From Mobula hypostoma (lineage: Eukaryota), in assembly GCF_963921235.1 (NCBI RefSeq), contig NC_086098.1:2418001-2482000 (forward strand): a DNA stretch of 64,000 bases, written 5' to 3'. Position numbers and translations under genes: made by a program. Shown in pieces: positions 63,818 to 64,000 of the stretch (positions are counted from its first letter, which is position 1; each line of letters begins with the position of its first letter). Under the pieces are notes generated by a model. It saw only the letters and a program-made list of their open reading frames with translations. It was not told the origin of the DNA and ran no database searches.

Positions 63818-63935
63818 CAAACACAGGAAAATCCTAGGATGCTAGAAATCCAAAGCAACACACACAAAATGCTGGAGGAACACAGAAGGTCAGGCAGCAT
63901 CTATGGAAAAGAGTAAACAGTTGACGTTTTGGGCT
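63818..63935. mobile_element. Fold-back (Penelope-like) short element, single arm
   Basis: aacacacacaaaatgctggaggaac..ggtcaggcagcatctatggaaaagagtaaacagttgacgttttgggc. Confidence 0.7.
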
Positions 63936-64000
63936 ATCTTATTTGCCTAAATATGGCCTTTCAACAGTTAAATCTACATTAAAATAAAATTTGCGCTTGA

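Overview
This window is repeat-dominated, non-genic (intergenic or intronic) vertebrate DNA. The mix of CR1-type LINEs, Rex1/Babar-type LINEs and tRNA-derived V-SINEs suggests a cartilaginous fish, probably a ray; this is an inference from recalled repeat families. I found no convincing host protein-coding exon, and every long ORF is retrotransposon-derived. The window holds (i) many CR1-type LINEs, including a full-length copy at 55966-60058 (zinc-finger/SGNH-esterase ORF1 plus APE-RT ORF2) in a multi-layer nested stack; (ii) Rex1/Babar LINE fragments; (iii) three solo LTRs with exact TSDs; (iv) non-autonomous DNA transposons of piggyBac-, PIF/Harbinger- and Tc1/mariner-like types; (v) SINEs, a short bipartite RTE derivative and three minisatellites. 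Three observations stand out. First, a dispersed family of short fold-back elements carries a minimal hammerhead-ribozyme motif (CTGATGA..GAAA.GTC), consistent with non-autonomous Penelope-like retroelements; one copy is a perfect 83-bp-arm palindrome with a 12-bp TSD. Second, a tail-less, 5'-end-only L1-like insertion has a perfect 17-bp TSD. Third, two repeat-free islands contain clustered Pbx-Hox plus Meis motifs and are candidate enhancers. Boundaries of old degraded repeats are approximate, and family names come from motif recognition, not database searches.
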